A DNA stretch of 64,000 nt, taken from contig MU053933.1 of the NCBI GenBank assembly GCA_013239625.1, positions 436,001 to 500,000 on the forward strand, written 5' to 3'. Position numbers and translations under genes: made by a program. Below the pieces are notes generated by a model. The model did no database searches. It was not told where the DNA came from and saw only the letters and a program-made list of their open reading frames with translations. Shown here in pieces: positions 25,760-36,680 of this stretch; positions within the stretch are counted from its first letter, which is position 1, and each line of letters starts with the position of its first letter. This stretch comes from Lama guanicoe. Taxonomy: Eukaryota.

Positions 25760-26200
25760 ATTACAAAAATGAATGCACCAGCCATGTGGAAAATTTGGAA
25801 AGAGCAAAAAGAACAAAGGGAGACTGCGTGTGAAGTCCTCCCCGATCCCGCCACCAAGAGTAACCACCGTTAACGTTTCCTTCTAGTCTCTTAGGCCAGA
25901 CGCTTAACAATGCTCGGTCAGCCTGCTCAAGATGGTTTGTAGTGCACTTTTACCACTTGGCAATTTATCTGGAACATCTTTCATGTCAATAAATAGTGTT
26001 TCTCAGCATGATTTAATGGTCACAGGCATTACCTCACATGGATGTATCAGCATTAAGCAATCTCTCACCACTTAACATCTAGTTGCTTCCAATTTTTCAC
26101 GATTGTAAATAAGGCTGCGGTGAGTACCATATGGCGCAAACACAGTCGTGCACAAGCTGGAATGGCTACTCAGGACGGATTCCTCGGAATGGATCCGAGC
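25760..26200 (-). mobile_element. Old L1ME-like fragment
   Basis: gtaaccaccgttaac, ggaacatctttcatgtcaataaat, agttgcttccaatttttc; boundaries approximate. Confidence 0.6.
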
Positions 26201-27699
26201 ACCTCGGTAAACACTGGGCACCTGCAGTGATGCCCCTGGTTCCTCCCTCCCTGGCCCGTCTCCTCCGCAGACCCTTCTCCATGGCAAGCCCAGGATGCCC
26301 CTGCACCAGGAGCCTACCCCAAACTTCCCATCTCCTCCCGGGCTGACGGCAGGGCCCCTTCGGGGGAGAGGACCCTGAGGAAGGAGGCAGAGGTGGGAAT
26401 AATCATCCCAGAGATCAGATTCCCCAGCCCTAGGAAGCCTTCAGGGCTGTGGCTCAGACAGAAGCCTCTGCCTTGTCTCACTGAGCTGTGACTCACCTGG
26501 GGTTGCCGGGCCCGGGGCCGCCCTGTGTCACTGTTTGGAAGGAGAAGCAGGTTTTTGACTTTGTACCAAGTTGGAACTGCTGGCCGCTCTCTGTAAGCTG
26601 CCAGCCCTGACGGATGCAGGGAGATTCCCAGCTGCATCCAAATTAAGACGAACTTTAACTTGAAACCCTTCTGCTGTGATCAGGCAATCATTTTTGAAAG
26701 TCAGTTTTTCCTGGGGGCCTATATTTTCCTCTCATGTAGGTAAACCTCTGGGTTGAAATATTTTTGATTTGAAGACAAGGAGCTCACACGGCCTCTCTGG
26801 CTGCGCCGCACGCCTATTCTTCGTGCCCCCAAAGCCAGTCCCTGAATGGCTGCGCCTCCAGGACTTTAGGCACTAGAATCGCCACTGGGACAGCTGGGAA
26901 GTGAAGGGGGAGCCGAGGAGGGCGTGGAAAGGAGAATGCCCTTGAGAGTGACCTCCAAGTCCGGGCTCAGCGGTGTGAACAGACAGCGAGCCGGCAGCCT
27001 GGGCCCCAGGAGGAGAGTGGCCATGGGGCCGCTCTATGTGTGTTTCAGCCACTTTGTCTTTCTCTTCTCGTCCTTGGCTGACGCAGCCGCCCTTGGTGAA
27101 GTGTTCCCAGCAGGTCTGGCTTTGAAGCATCCTGCAGAGACCCTGGGGGACCCCAAAGGTTTGTCCCTGGGACTGCAGTCCCTCGGGGATTCTCTTCTAC
27201 CTGGTGACCCCTCAAGTCCCCCCAAGAGGCTGATGCTCCCAGCTCTGTGGGCACTTTTCCAGACTGCGGTTGTCAGCAGCCTCTTTTGACTTTCCTGGAC
27301 TTTGAGGGGCCTGGAACTGCACCTCTCAAAGTCATGTGGGACACAGAGCTTTAAATGGATCTGGGTGGGAACCAGATGGGCTTGAGGGGCACCCAAGCTG
27401 CATGGAGCCCTCGTCTCAGGATGGGTGGCAGGAAGCTTGTGAGCACACACGCTATGCTGGAGTCTCACCCTCCTGGCACCTCTCTCCCTGCTGCCCTCAG
27501 CCCGCTGCTCCCAGCTTCCCAGCTTCCGACCGTCCCTCACTGCCCTGAGCCCCACTGCTGGGCACGTGCAGACCCGCAGGCTCTCCCGGGCGGTCAGCCA
27601 CCGAGTGTCTGGCAGACTCACCAGGGCTGCCTTCCCTGCCCGGCTGCCCGGGCCCTGTTTTCTTCCCCACAGCAATCCTCCAACTGAACTTCCGTAGGT

Positions 27700-27840
27700 C
27701 TGCTTGTATATTGACCTCTGTCCCCTGGAATCTGTGTCCTGAGGCAGGATTTGCCTCTGGCCGATTGCTGGGTCCCGGGCACCTTGTACCATGTCTAGTA
27801 TATGGCAGGTGCTCAGTAAATACTGAACAAGTGAGTGAGG
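27700..27840 (+). mobile_element. L2 3' end
   Basis: atggcaggtgctcagtaaatactgaacaagtgagtga tail. Confidence 0.6.
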
Positions 27841-28199
27841 GAGGGAGCTGTCAGGACACAGAGCAGCAAGGGGCCCTCTATGGGGTGGTGGAGGCTCCTG
27901 TGTCTGGACCCCTGAGGCCTAGAGGAAGGGGGACACCTGGGCTCCCAGCTGAGGCTGCCTTCCTTCCAGGACAGACGGTCAGGCTACATTAGACTCAGAG
28001 CCCTGGCCCTCAGCAGCTGCTCCGCAGGATGTGGTGAGGTGCCGCCAGGCCCGGACATGGCCCGGGAGCGGGCCGCACTGTGGGCCTGGGAGCTGCGGAC
28101 GGGTTCCCGTGCTAGGAGGCACCCAGACGCAGCGCCTGCACGGCCCATCAGGGGCTCTGTTGCCAGCGTCACTAACTGCTAATTGCTTGTCCCCCCCAG

Positions 28200-28361
28200 C
28201 CCTGAATCGGTCGGCGGAGTTTGCGTCCAGACCTGGGACCTGCCCGACAGTGGGGCCGGAAGCATCCACCTCGCCATGTGCCCTGGACACCGACTGCCCC
28301 GGCCTTCAGAAGTGCTGCCCCTGGCCGGGGGGCCTGCGCTGTGCGGCTCCCGCTCCCCAAG
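28200..28361 (+). CDS. UMODL1: UMODL1 exon 3: WAP-like domain
   Basis: CACTAAC branch-like site at 28170-28176, CAG acceptor; RPGTCP...CALDTDCPGLQKCCPWPGGLRC; donor GTGGGG; 162 nt. Confidence 0.94.
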
Positions 28362-29144
28362 GTGGGGCTGGCGCCTGAGCAGAGGAGGTCTCCAGTTAGG
28401 GAGTGGAGCGGGGCTGGGGGCCCAGGCACTGGGTGATGGGGTGATGGGGAGTGAGCTTCCAGAAGCAGCGGCTCGGGTTTTACAGGAAGCCTGTGCCCAG
28501 GCCCCCTGTACTCATCCAAACCGGCCACTGGCCCCTCAGGGCGGGCCGCGGGCTCGCAGGTGCCCTGAGGAGGCAGGGCGTTCCAGGAAGAGCAGTGACC
28601 CCAGTTTCCCAAGTTTGCCTGACGAAGCCCCCGAGCTCCCGGCGGAGCTTCCTGGAAGCTGAGCTGTGTAAGAGGGGAAAGGGGTAAGGCTGTCTGCTGG
28701 AGAAGCTCCATGGGGCCCCGAGGTCCTCCCCGTGGCCCCCTTCCGGCAGGTGGGCGGCCTGGCCCTCAGGGCCCGCCCCCCGGAGAACGGGCTGGAAAGG
28801 TTCAGAGCTGGGGAGACAGATACAAAAAGCCTTACAATATACAACATCCGTTACATGTTGTGTGTTAGTGCAGTGTGTGCCTTATTAGCGCAGTATGAAG
28901 TGATAGCACAAATAACGTAAAGCAGGGCATTATAATATTTATGCAATACTACGACACAAACAACGCACAACGGTACTCGCGCTGTGCGCGTCGTAGTGCG
29001 CGCAGTATCAATGGCACACCGCGCTACCTAGGGCGTGCTGTGTACAACAATGTACAGTGTATACGGGATTATACGCAAGAGGAGGGGGCGGGGGGCTGTC
29101 CCGCGCTGTCCTGGCCTGGGGCTCAGCGATGTGTCCTCATGCAG

Positions 29145-29266
29145 CTCCGGAGGGGACCCTGGCAGGTTTCTGGTACAACGTGACCGTCCTGGTGAAGATG
29201 GACTTCAAGGAGCTCCGGCAGGTGGACCCCGGGCTCCGGGATCACATGCGGCTCCTGCACTCCATG
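29145..29266 (+). CDS. UMODL1: UMODL1 exon 4
   Basis: GCAG acceptor; APEGTLAGFWYNVTVLVKMDFKELRQVDPGLRDHMRLLHSM; donor GTAGGT; 122 nt, phase 1 to 0. Confidence 0.93.
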
Positions 29267-30244
29267 GTAGGTGGGGCAGGGAGCCTGTGGGCTGCACGGG
29301 AGACCCAGGTGGGAACTGGGGTTTGGGGAGAGGTTCCACGAGCGATCCCCGAACGACTGACTCTGACCAAGTGAGAAGTCTCAGCTGAAAGCCGCTTTGA
29401 AAGGGTGGGTATCCGTGCGGTAAAATGCACCCTTGGAAGCGTGCAGTTTGGTGTGTTTTGAGGTACACAGCGTGCAGGCCCTGCCCCATCGTGCTGCAGA
29501 GCACGGAGCCCCTCCTCCTCGCGCTCGGGTCTGTGGCTTAAACAAAGGTGCCCCGGTGCAGACGGCCTAGGCCCCGGAGCCGTGCCCTCGCGCACCTCCC
29601 TCACAGATCTCGAGGTCTAGCTCCCGCACGAGGGAATGTCCTGGAAGGTGCCGGGCTGGGCCCTGTGGACCGGGCTCCTCCACCTCGGCACCACTGACGT
29701 TTGGGGCTGGATGGCTCTGTGTCGTGGGGCTGCCTGTCCCCACGGGGTTCCACAGCTGTGACAACCAGAACTGTCCCCCGAGGGGCAGTGCCGCTCCGGG
29801 TGGAGAGCCCCTGCTGGAGACACAGCTTGTGCCTTGGTGACTTCCAACCAGGAGGGCTGTCACGTGCCGGGTGCACCCTGGTCCTGGCAACCCAGTCGTG
29901 GGCAGGCCTGGCTTGTCTTCACCACGCGGTGCCTTCCCAGAGTGGGGGTCTGGCCTCAGGGCCCGCTTCAAGGTCGAGCGGCCCGCACAGTCACCCCACA
30001 CTCAGAAGAGCCCACACACCACGTGGCTGGTCCCGCCTGATCGTCGGGTCCCACAGATGTGTCCCACGTGTCGTGGCAAGAACAGACGGCCCGCCCCTCA
30101 CCTTGCCGTGGGCTGTCCAGTCAGACGGTTTGAGAGATGTTCCCAAATGTCCCTGTGACCCGAGAGCCTCCTAAGTGCCCCGGTGGGAGGGGGCTTCTGT
30201 CTCCTTAGCTCATTGGAGGGCTGGGGCTGCCTGCTTGGCCAGTG

Positions 30245-30435
30245 AGGCTGTGGCTCTGGAGCGAGACTACCTTGATTCAGATCCTCACGCTGCCACTCAT
30301 CAGCTGTGTGACCTTGAGCAAGTTACTTAACCTCTCTGTGCCTTCAATGCCTCCTCCAGGAAACAGGAATGAGCAGAGTCTCACTTGAGCAGTGGCTGTG
30401 GGGTTTAAACAGTACATGTAAAGAGCATAAAAGGA
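30245..30435 (+). mobile_element. MIR SINE
   Basis: MIR core agctgtgtgaccttgagcaagttacttaacctctctgtgcct. Confidence 0.85.
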
Positions 30436-30994
30436 TCCTGCTGCGTATCAGTTCTGAGCTGCTGCAGCTGTTGGTATTTGAATATTGCTGCCCCGTGTCA
30501 CCCGTTGTCTCCTCAGGTGGTAGGTTTTGTCCCTCCCTGCAGGAGGGGCCTGTCCGCACGGGCTCCTGACTGCAGCAGGTGCTGGCCCCTGACTGAGGGA
30601 TTTGCACGAGGCTAGCGTTGGCCTTCTGTTCTGCCTGCCCCCGTGAAGGGTTCCAGGTCTGCCGAGGGGAGCAGGGACCCCAGTGCCCAGACGCCACCAC
30701 AGGCCTTCCTGGCTCCCGTGGAGGCTTGGGGGTTTGTTGGCAAAGTCCCCTCCAGTGATGTTCTGTGCCTGAGTGGCCACGCCGCTTTGCCTGGCTTCCC
30801 AAGGCAAATACTATCTTGAGATTTCGAGGTATTAGGTTGGAGTAAAAAGAATTCATGTGAAGTGAGAAAGGGGTCATTAAACTTCAGAAAATGTCAGATG
30901 TGCACCACGTGAGCTTGAAGTCTAGTCCCTAATTCCATCCCGATGCCGTCATCAGCTGCCAGGGTGGGGACTGGGGTGTCCTGGGGTTGACCGA

Positions 30995-31291
30995 TGTCTC
31001 TCCCTGGGCGGCTGTAACAAAGCACACAGACGGAGGTGCCCCCCAGGCCTCTCCTTGGCGTCTCCCTGTGTCCTCCCATCACTTCCTTCTGCCAGCGTCT
31101 GTATCCAACTTTCTTTGTGTAAGGACACCAGTCATACTGGACACAGGCCCACCCTAATGAGCTCATCTTAACTAATTACATTTGCCACGGCTGTCTCTCC
31201 AAATAAGGTCACATTCTGAGGTTCCCGGGGGGGTTAGGGCTCTGAATTGGGGATTTTTGCTAGGGAGGGGGACACCATTCAATCCATAACA
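30995..31291 (-). mobile_element. MLT1B-like LTR with internal deletion
   Basis: ggctgtaacaaagcac...aaggacaccagtcatactgga...ccaaataaggtcacattctgagg...attcaatccataaca. Confidence 0.8.
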
Positions 31292-31389
31292 ACTGGTGTT
31301 GCCATTCAATCTGTAACAACCTCGTTTGCAGAATGATTACAGAAATAAAAATATTGTAGAGATTTTTTCCCCCCCTGCACAGGAGAAAG

Positions 31390-31391
<2 letters not shown>

Positions 31392-31427
<36 letters not shown>
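31392..31427. repeat. (GT)18 microsatellite
   Basis: Direct reading. Confidence 0.95.
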
Positions 31428-31430
<3 letters not shown>

Positions 31431-31512
31431 TTTAACATCTCTGGGCTGCCATCTCCCTGTCCGTCTGATGGGGGCGCCCTTCCACCGCGTGACACTCTGG
31501 CTGGTTTCACAG

Positions 31513-31699
31513 GTCACCGGTGCCCTGCAGCCGCTGGACACCACGGTCCACCACCTGCGCTCGGCCGGCGGGGCCACGTCGACCACGGTGTCCTGGCTGC
31601 TGCTGGGCTTGCCACGGCCGGCGCCGCCGGCCCGCGTGTCCTCAGCCCTGGACGGCATGGTGCAGCGCATCTACGAAGTGATGGCTGTCCAGGTGCAAG
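31513..31699 (+). CDS. UMODL1: UMODL1 exon 5
   Basis: TTTCACAG acceptor; VTGALQPLDTTVHHL...RIYEVMAVQVQ; donor GTGGGT; 187 nt, phase 0 to 1. Confidence 0.92.
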
Positions 31700-31749
31700 G
31701 TGGGTGGGGCGGGGCCGCAGGAGCAGAGAGGGCCTCCAGCCGGGGGGGG

Positions 31750-31766
31750 NNNNNNNNNNNNNNNNN
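31750..31766. other. Assembly gap of 17 N after a G-run in intron 5
   Basis: N run; does not touch an exon. Confidence 0.99.
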
Positions 31767-32147
31767 CTACTCCTTTTTAGCTTGTCTGGGGCCAGAGGTA
31801 AACTCCAAGTTCTGCAGCCCAAGGTTTGAGAACTGGTCCTGCCCTGACGCTGCTTTTCCCTTCCCTCCCTGTGTCTCCCCCGCTGCCTCTCAGGCCCAGG
31901 CTTCTTCTTCCGTCCAGATGGGGCCGGAGAACAGATTCCGGAAAAGCCCCCGAATAACTCGCTTCCTTGGTTCTTGGGAAGTTCTTCCAAAGTTCCCTCT
32001 CGCCTCTTTCCCTCCCTCGCCAGGGACACCCTTGGATCTAGGAGGCTCTCAGCCGAATTTGCGAAAAGCTGTGTTTGGTGATGCTCATGGATGCATTTCT
32101 AGAGAAAATTGCCTCGTCCTTTTGTGTTTGTTTATTTTAGCCTATGT

Positions 32148-32205
32148 CAGGGGTCGGCGGACTTTCTGAAAAAGGCCAGACAGTGAATGTTTTTGGCTGG
32201 GGCCA
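32148..32205. mobile_element. MER58-like hAT-Charlie fragment
   Basis: caggggtcggcggactttctgaaaaaggccagacagtgaatgtttt resembles the MER58 end as recalled. Confidence 0.55.
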
Positions 32206-33292
32206 AGTGGCATGAAGGTAGCTGTGGACAGTGTGTGTGAGCAGATGGCTGGGCCCCAGTAGAACTTTCTTTCCTGCCGCAGCCCTGGAAGGGCGGCTGC
32301 TCTGCAGAGGCCGGGCCTCCTGTGACGCTGAAGTCACACATAAGGGTGCCAGGGTCTGGGGCCCGGGGATAGCTCCAGGGAAGGCATTAGCTCTCTTCAG
32401 ACTCTGCAAATGTTCTTGAAAACCAAACCGAGACGTGCCGGTCAGCAAAGTGCCTGCCCTGTCTGTTCTGACTAGTCCTCCACCCAGATACTGGGACGCC
32501 CCTGTAGGTGAACACGGTTACACACGAGGTGGCAAGAGAGATGGCACATGGCGGGCACCGCAGGCATCTCTGTGGGAGGGTCTAGAGAACCCATTATAGG
32601 ATATGGGCTTGAATTGGATGGTTGCGGGCTGGGTGGGGGAGTGGGGTTCTGGGTTGGATGCTGTTGGAAAGAGGAGGCGATTCTGCGACTGGGTACCTGG
32701 GTAAGTCTCACCCACGGGAGGGGCAGCATGAAGGTGAGCTGTGATTGGTTATGAACCAATAGTCACTCATTGTGGCCGAGAAGGGGCTGGTACCTCGTGA
32801 GGCCGCAGTGGCCCTCTGCCCATCTGGTTTAGATAAAGTCGTGATGTGGCCTTGCCAGTGTCACTCTCCCTTGGTCGTGGGTCGGCCTGGCTGCCTGTCC
32901 TGAGCTGGTGCGCTGCAAGGCTGCTCCCGCCGTGAGGCCAGGCCCCCCTGCACATCGGCGGCTGCTCTGTTCTCCGCCTCTGCCCAGAGCACTGCTGTCT
33001 GCGGGGCTGATGCTTGGGGTGGATGTATGGGCCCCATTATTTCAGCCCCAGAGTGATTTACTCCAGCAGCAGCCCCCAAGCACGGATGGCAGCTGGGAGG
33101 CTGTGCCCTGAGACGTGGCCGGCTGCTCCAGTAAGGGGGCCGGAGGGCTGCACGAGCCATCTAAGGCAGGGCGTCAAGAGGCCCCTCCGGACCAAGGCCC
33201 AGTCCACGTCCTCAACTTGTGTGACGCACGCTCGGAGGTTAATGAGAAGGACAGTGGCTCTGATGAGCATCCTCACCTGTTCTCTTCAATAG

Positions 33293-33433
33293 ATGTAAAC
33301 GAATGTTCCTTTGACGAACTCCACACCTGCCCTGCAAGGGAATGGTGTGTGAATGTGGAGGGCTCGTACCGGTGTGTCTGTCCCCCTGCGTCGCTGACTT
33401 CATCTCCCCAGGAGCTGGACAGCCCGTGTGAAG
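33293..33433 (+). CDS. UMODL1: UMODL1 exon 6: calcium-binding EGF-like domain 1
   Basis: DVNECSFDELHTCPAREWCVNVEGSYRCVC...SPCE; TAG acceptor, GTGAGA donor; 141 nt. Confidence 0.95.
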
Positions 33434-33518
33434 GTGAGAGACCAGGAGCTCCCAGGGGGAAGGAGTGCCCTAAGGAATCTCCCAGGCCAGATGCGCCTCA
33501 GACCACGAGGATCCTCTC

Positions 33519-34111
33519 CTTTTATTTTTTTAAAATCTATTTCTATATACAGGGGTTAACATTTGCAAATCTCAAACTCCTAAATGTATCTATCCCTTCC
33601 CATGCCCTTTCCCCTGGTAACCGTAAGATTCTTTACTGTGTCTGTGAGTCTGTTTCTGTCTTGTAGATGAGTTTATTAGTGTCCTCTTTTTTCTTTTTCT
33701 TTTTTTTTAGATTCGATGTATGTGTGACATCATATGGTATTTCTCTTTCTCTTTTTGGCTTACTTCACCTAGTATGATGATCTCCAGGTCCATCCATGTT
33801 GCTGCAAATGGCATTATTTTGTTCTTTTTTATGGCTCAGTAGTATTCCATTGTATAAACATACCACAACTTCTTTAGCCAGTCATCTGTTGACATACATT
33901 TAGGTTGTTTCCATGTTTGGCTGTTGTAACTAGTGCTGCTATGAACATTGGGGTGTAGGTGTATTTTTGAATTAGAGTTCCTTCCAGATATATGCCCAGG
34001 AGTGGGATTGCTGGATCACAGGGTAAGTTTATTTTTAGTTTTTTGAGGAATCTCCGTACTGTTTTCCATAGTGGCTGCAGCAAATTGCACTCCCACCAGC
34101 AGTGTAGGAGG
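33519..34111 (-). mobile_element. Lineage-specific L1 fragment (ORF2 end and 3' UTR)
   Basis: tccatccatgttgctgcaaatggcatt...tgcccaggagtgggattgctgg; minus-strand ORF 33874..34083 reads [30 protein letters not shown], the L1 ORF2 C-terminus. Confidence 0.92.
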
Positions 34112-34377
34112 GGACCCTCTCTTCATCCAAAGAGGAAATGTGGGCCCATGGGCAGGGAAGGGTCACTTCTGAGTGTTCCCAGCTCCTAGTGGGCTATTCT
34201 TCCCTTTGTTCTTTGAGGTAACAAATGTTTATTTATGTGCCATTCACTGTGTTAGGTGCCGGTCATAGAACACGTCTGACTAGATCATAATCATTGCTTT
34301 CAGGAAACTCAGTAGAAAACAAGCCAGATGCTTGCCAGGCTGGTGTGTAACTTGGATGCCCATGTAATTTGTCGTTT

Positions 34378-34649
34378 AGTATATACTTTTTATTGAAGTC
34401 AGTTTACAGTGTTGTGTCGATTTCTGGAGCACAGCGCACTGCTTCAGTCCTACGTGAACACACATGTATTCGTTCTCATATTCTTTTTCACTGTAAGTTA
34501 CGAAATGTTGAATAGAGTTCCCTGTGCTATACAGTAGAAACGTGGTCTATCTAATTTATATATAGTAGTTAGTACCTGCAAATCTCAAACTCCCAGTTTA
34601 TCCCTTCCCGCCACCGGTAACCATAAGTTCATTTTCTATGTTGTGAGCC
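34378..34649 (-). mobile_element. L1 3' end inserted in a MER96-like hAT element (about 34352-34758)
   Basis: tttttattgaagtcagtttac...gttccctgtgctatacag...ggtaaccataagtt; flanks tgtcgttt/tgtcattt. Confidence 0.8.
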
Positions 34650-34759
34650 TGTCATTTTTTAAATTGGGACCCTTTAGGGAGTGAAAGGTCATGATGACTG
34701 CTTACACTGGGGCTCCAGGAATAAACTGCTCCGTCCCTGCATTGTGTGGTCAGCCTAGA

Positions 34760-35500
34760 TGGTAACAGAGTGTCCTGGGTGCTGGTGGACAGACCGAAAA
34801 GGAAGACCTAGCCCTGTGCCAGTAGGGTCAGAAGTGGGTGACAGGTGCCAGTGTGTGCCATTCCTGGTATATGTGAGTGGCTCCTTGTGGGAAATAAGTG
34901 TATCTTGCCAAGTGCAGAGAGCTGGAACCTGGGTGGTAGAAGGCAGCAGTGAGAGGGGAACATTTTGGAGTGCGAACCTTTGGAACTTACTGACGGATGA
35001 GATGCCGGAGAGAAAGAGGAGAATGAGGTAGTGAGTCCCGCTTGAACAATGAATAGATGGTGACTCCTGAATGAGCTGGGGGGAGACAGGGATTATTGTA
35101 ATCATTTTTGACAGTAGCAGTTTATATTGAGATGGAGTTGAAATCAGGTGGAGACGCCAGGGTGCTGGCTGAGTTGGCTGTCTGGTGCTGGAGCTCAGAG
35201 GCGGGGCTGGGCTATGGCAAACCTGGGGCATCGGTGTGCAAGTGACACTTGAACCATGGGCATGGCTGGGAGAAGGGAAGGAGTCCCGGTATTTACACGT
35301 CATTGTGGGAGGAGGGGCTCGCAGAGACGGAGTGAGGCGGGAAGAGCAGCAGGAAAGACGGCTTCCAGGAGTCACGAGCGCCTGATCCTTACAGACGCTT
35401 CCTAAGAAGGGGCCGAGAGATGAGGCCGAGTCTGAAGATGCAGGCCTCCAGGAGGGGCTTGTTAAAAAGACGGTGATGCCAAAGCATATCTGCATGTGAT
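34760..35500 (-). mobile_element. L2 fragment; further L2 pieces at about 34220-34330 and 35615-35900
   Basis: ggagctcagaggcggggctgggct...ttgaaccatggg; cattcactc...tgagcatctgctatgtcccaggcac; boundaries approximate. Confidence 0.6.
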
Positions 35501-35924
35501 GGGAGAGATGCTGGTTGATTCCTGGAGCTCTGGAGAGCAAGCAGGGGATGAGCAGGTGGCGAGCAGGTGGAAGGCTCAGCCTGCGTGGATGGGGCGGTGA
35601 GGGCCAGGTGAGCTCCATTCACTCATGGACACATTTTAATGAGCATCTGCTATGTCCCAGGCACCATTCTAACTGGGATTCTTTAGTATCCCAGAGCCCT
35701 CACTCCCTTAGAACTCACATTTCATTGGGAAGGTGACAAAGATGTGGATGAATACAAAATATGGGATGACAGTTCTGCTACGAAGAAAAATGAGGTCAGA
35801 GAGTCGCAGGTGGATGGGGCCTGGGTGCTCTGTCTCAGGCGCTGTGGCCGGGGCCACCTCTTGGACAGGGTGACTTTCCAGAGTGCGGGAGGGAGCCATG
35901 AGGCCGACGAGGGGCGAGGAGGGA

Positions 35925-36190
35925 TGTGGTAGGCTGAGTGATGACCCTAAAGAGGATCACGTGCCCAGCATGTGCCTGGGCTGCCTCACACTGCAAAGCA
36001 GACTTTGCAGATGGGATCAGGCTAAGAACCTTGAGATGAAGAGATTATCCTGGATGATCTGGTGGACCCGCTGTCATCACAGGGCCTTATGAGAGGGAGA
36101 TGGAGGGTCAGAGCCAGGGAGAGCAGACGTGATGAGGGAGGCAGAGAGGGGAGAAGATGAGGGCTGAGGAGCACAGATGCGACTTGGAGA
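35925..36190 (+). mobile_element. MLT1D-like 5' fragment
   Basis: tgtggtaggctgagtgatg...gactttgcagatg...ttgagatgaagagattatcctggat. Confidence 0.8.
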
Positions 36191-36325
36191 AGTGCCACAT
36201 CGTCCGGTGACGTGGGAGTGATGACTGTGGGTCCCAAAGCCACAACTGAAGGAACGTCTCCATTTTAGCTAGATGTCAATGAAAATCAAGATTTTTTTTT
36301 CTCATCTGAATTTTGGACCCCTGGC

Positions 36326-36680
36326 TATGACCGAGCTGCACTTGGATCCGTTCACCCCTGTGCAGCAAAGCCGATCTCCTGACACGGGGTTGGGGTGAAG
36401 GGAAGTGCAGTGTGTATTGCAGGACCAGGCAAGGAGTCTGGGCGGCTGATGCTCAAAGGACCGATCTCCCTGATAGGTTTCACAGAGGGGATTTAAAGAC
36501 AAAGTGAGGGAGAGGGTCACAGAGTACATGACCAGCTCATGCACAGTTCTCTGACTGGTTGATGGTGAGGTCACAGGGTGAGGTCACAGAGGTTAACATC
36601 ATCAATCCTCAGGCTCCATCTAGTACAGGGGCTCTGTGCTCATGGTCATCATGCAGTTAACATCCTCCAACTGGTAGGGG
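36326..36680 (-). mobile_element. ERV1-class LTR fragment
   Basis: gcagcaaagccgatctcctgacac...cagctcatgcacagttctctgactggttgatggtgagg...catcatcaatcctcaggctcc; family uncertain. Confidence 0.6.

Noticed and set aside
31750..31766. N gap possibly hiding an exon or frameshift
   Set aside because: It is intronic, and exons 5 and 6 join in frame (VQVQ|DVNEC).
34755..35618. 287-aa minus-strand ORF
   Set aside because: It overlaps a decayed L2 element and shows no intact RT or other gene signature.
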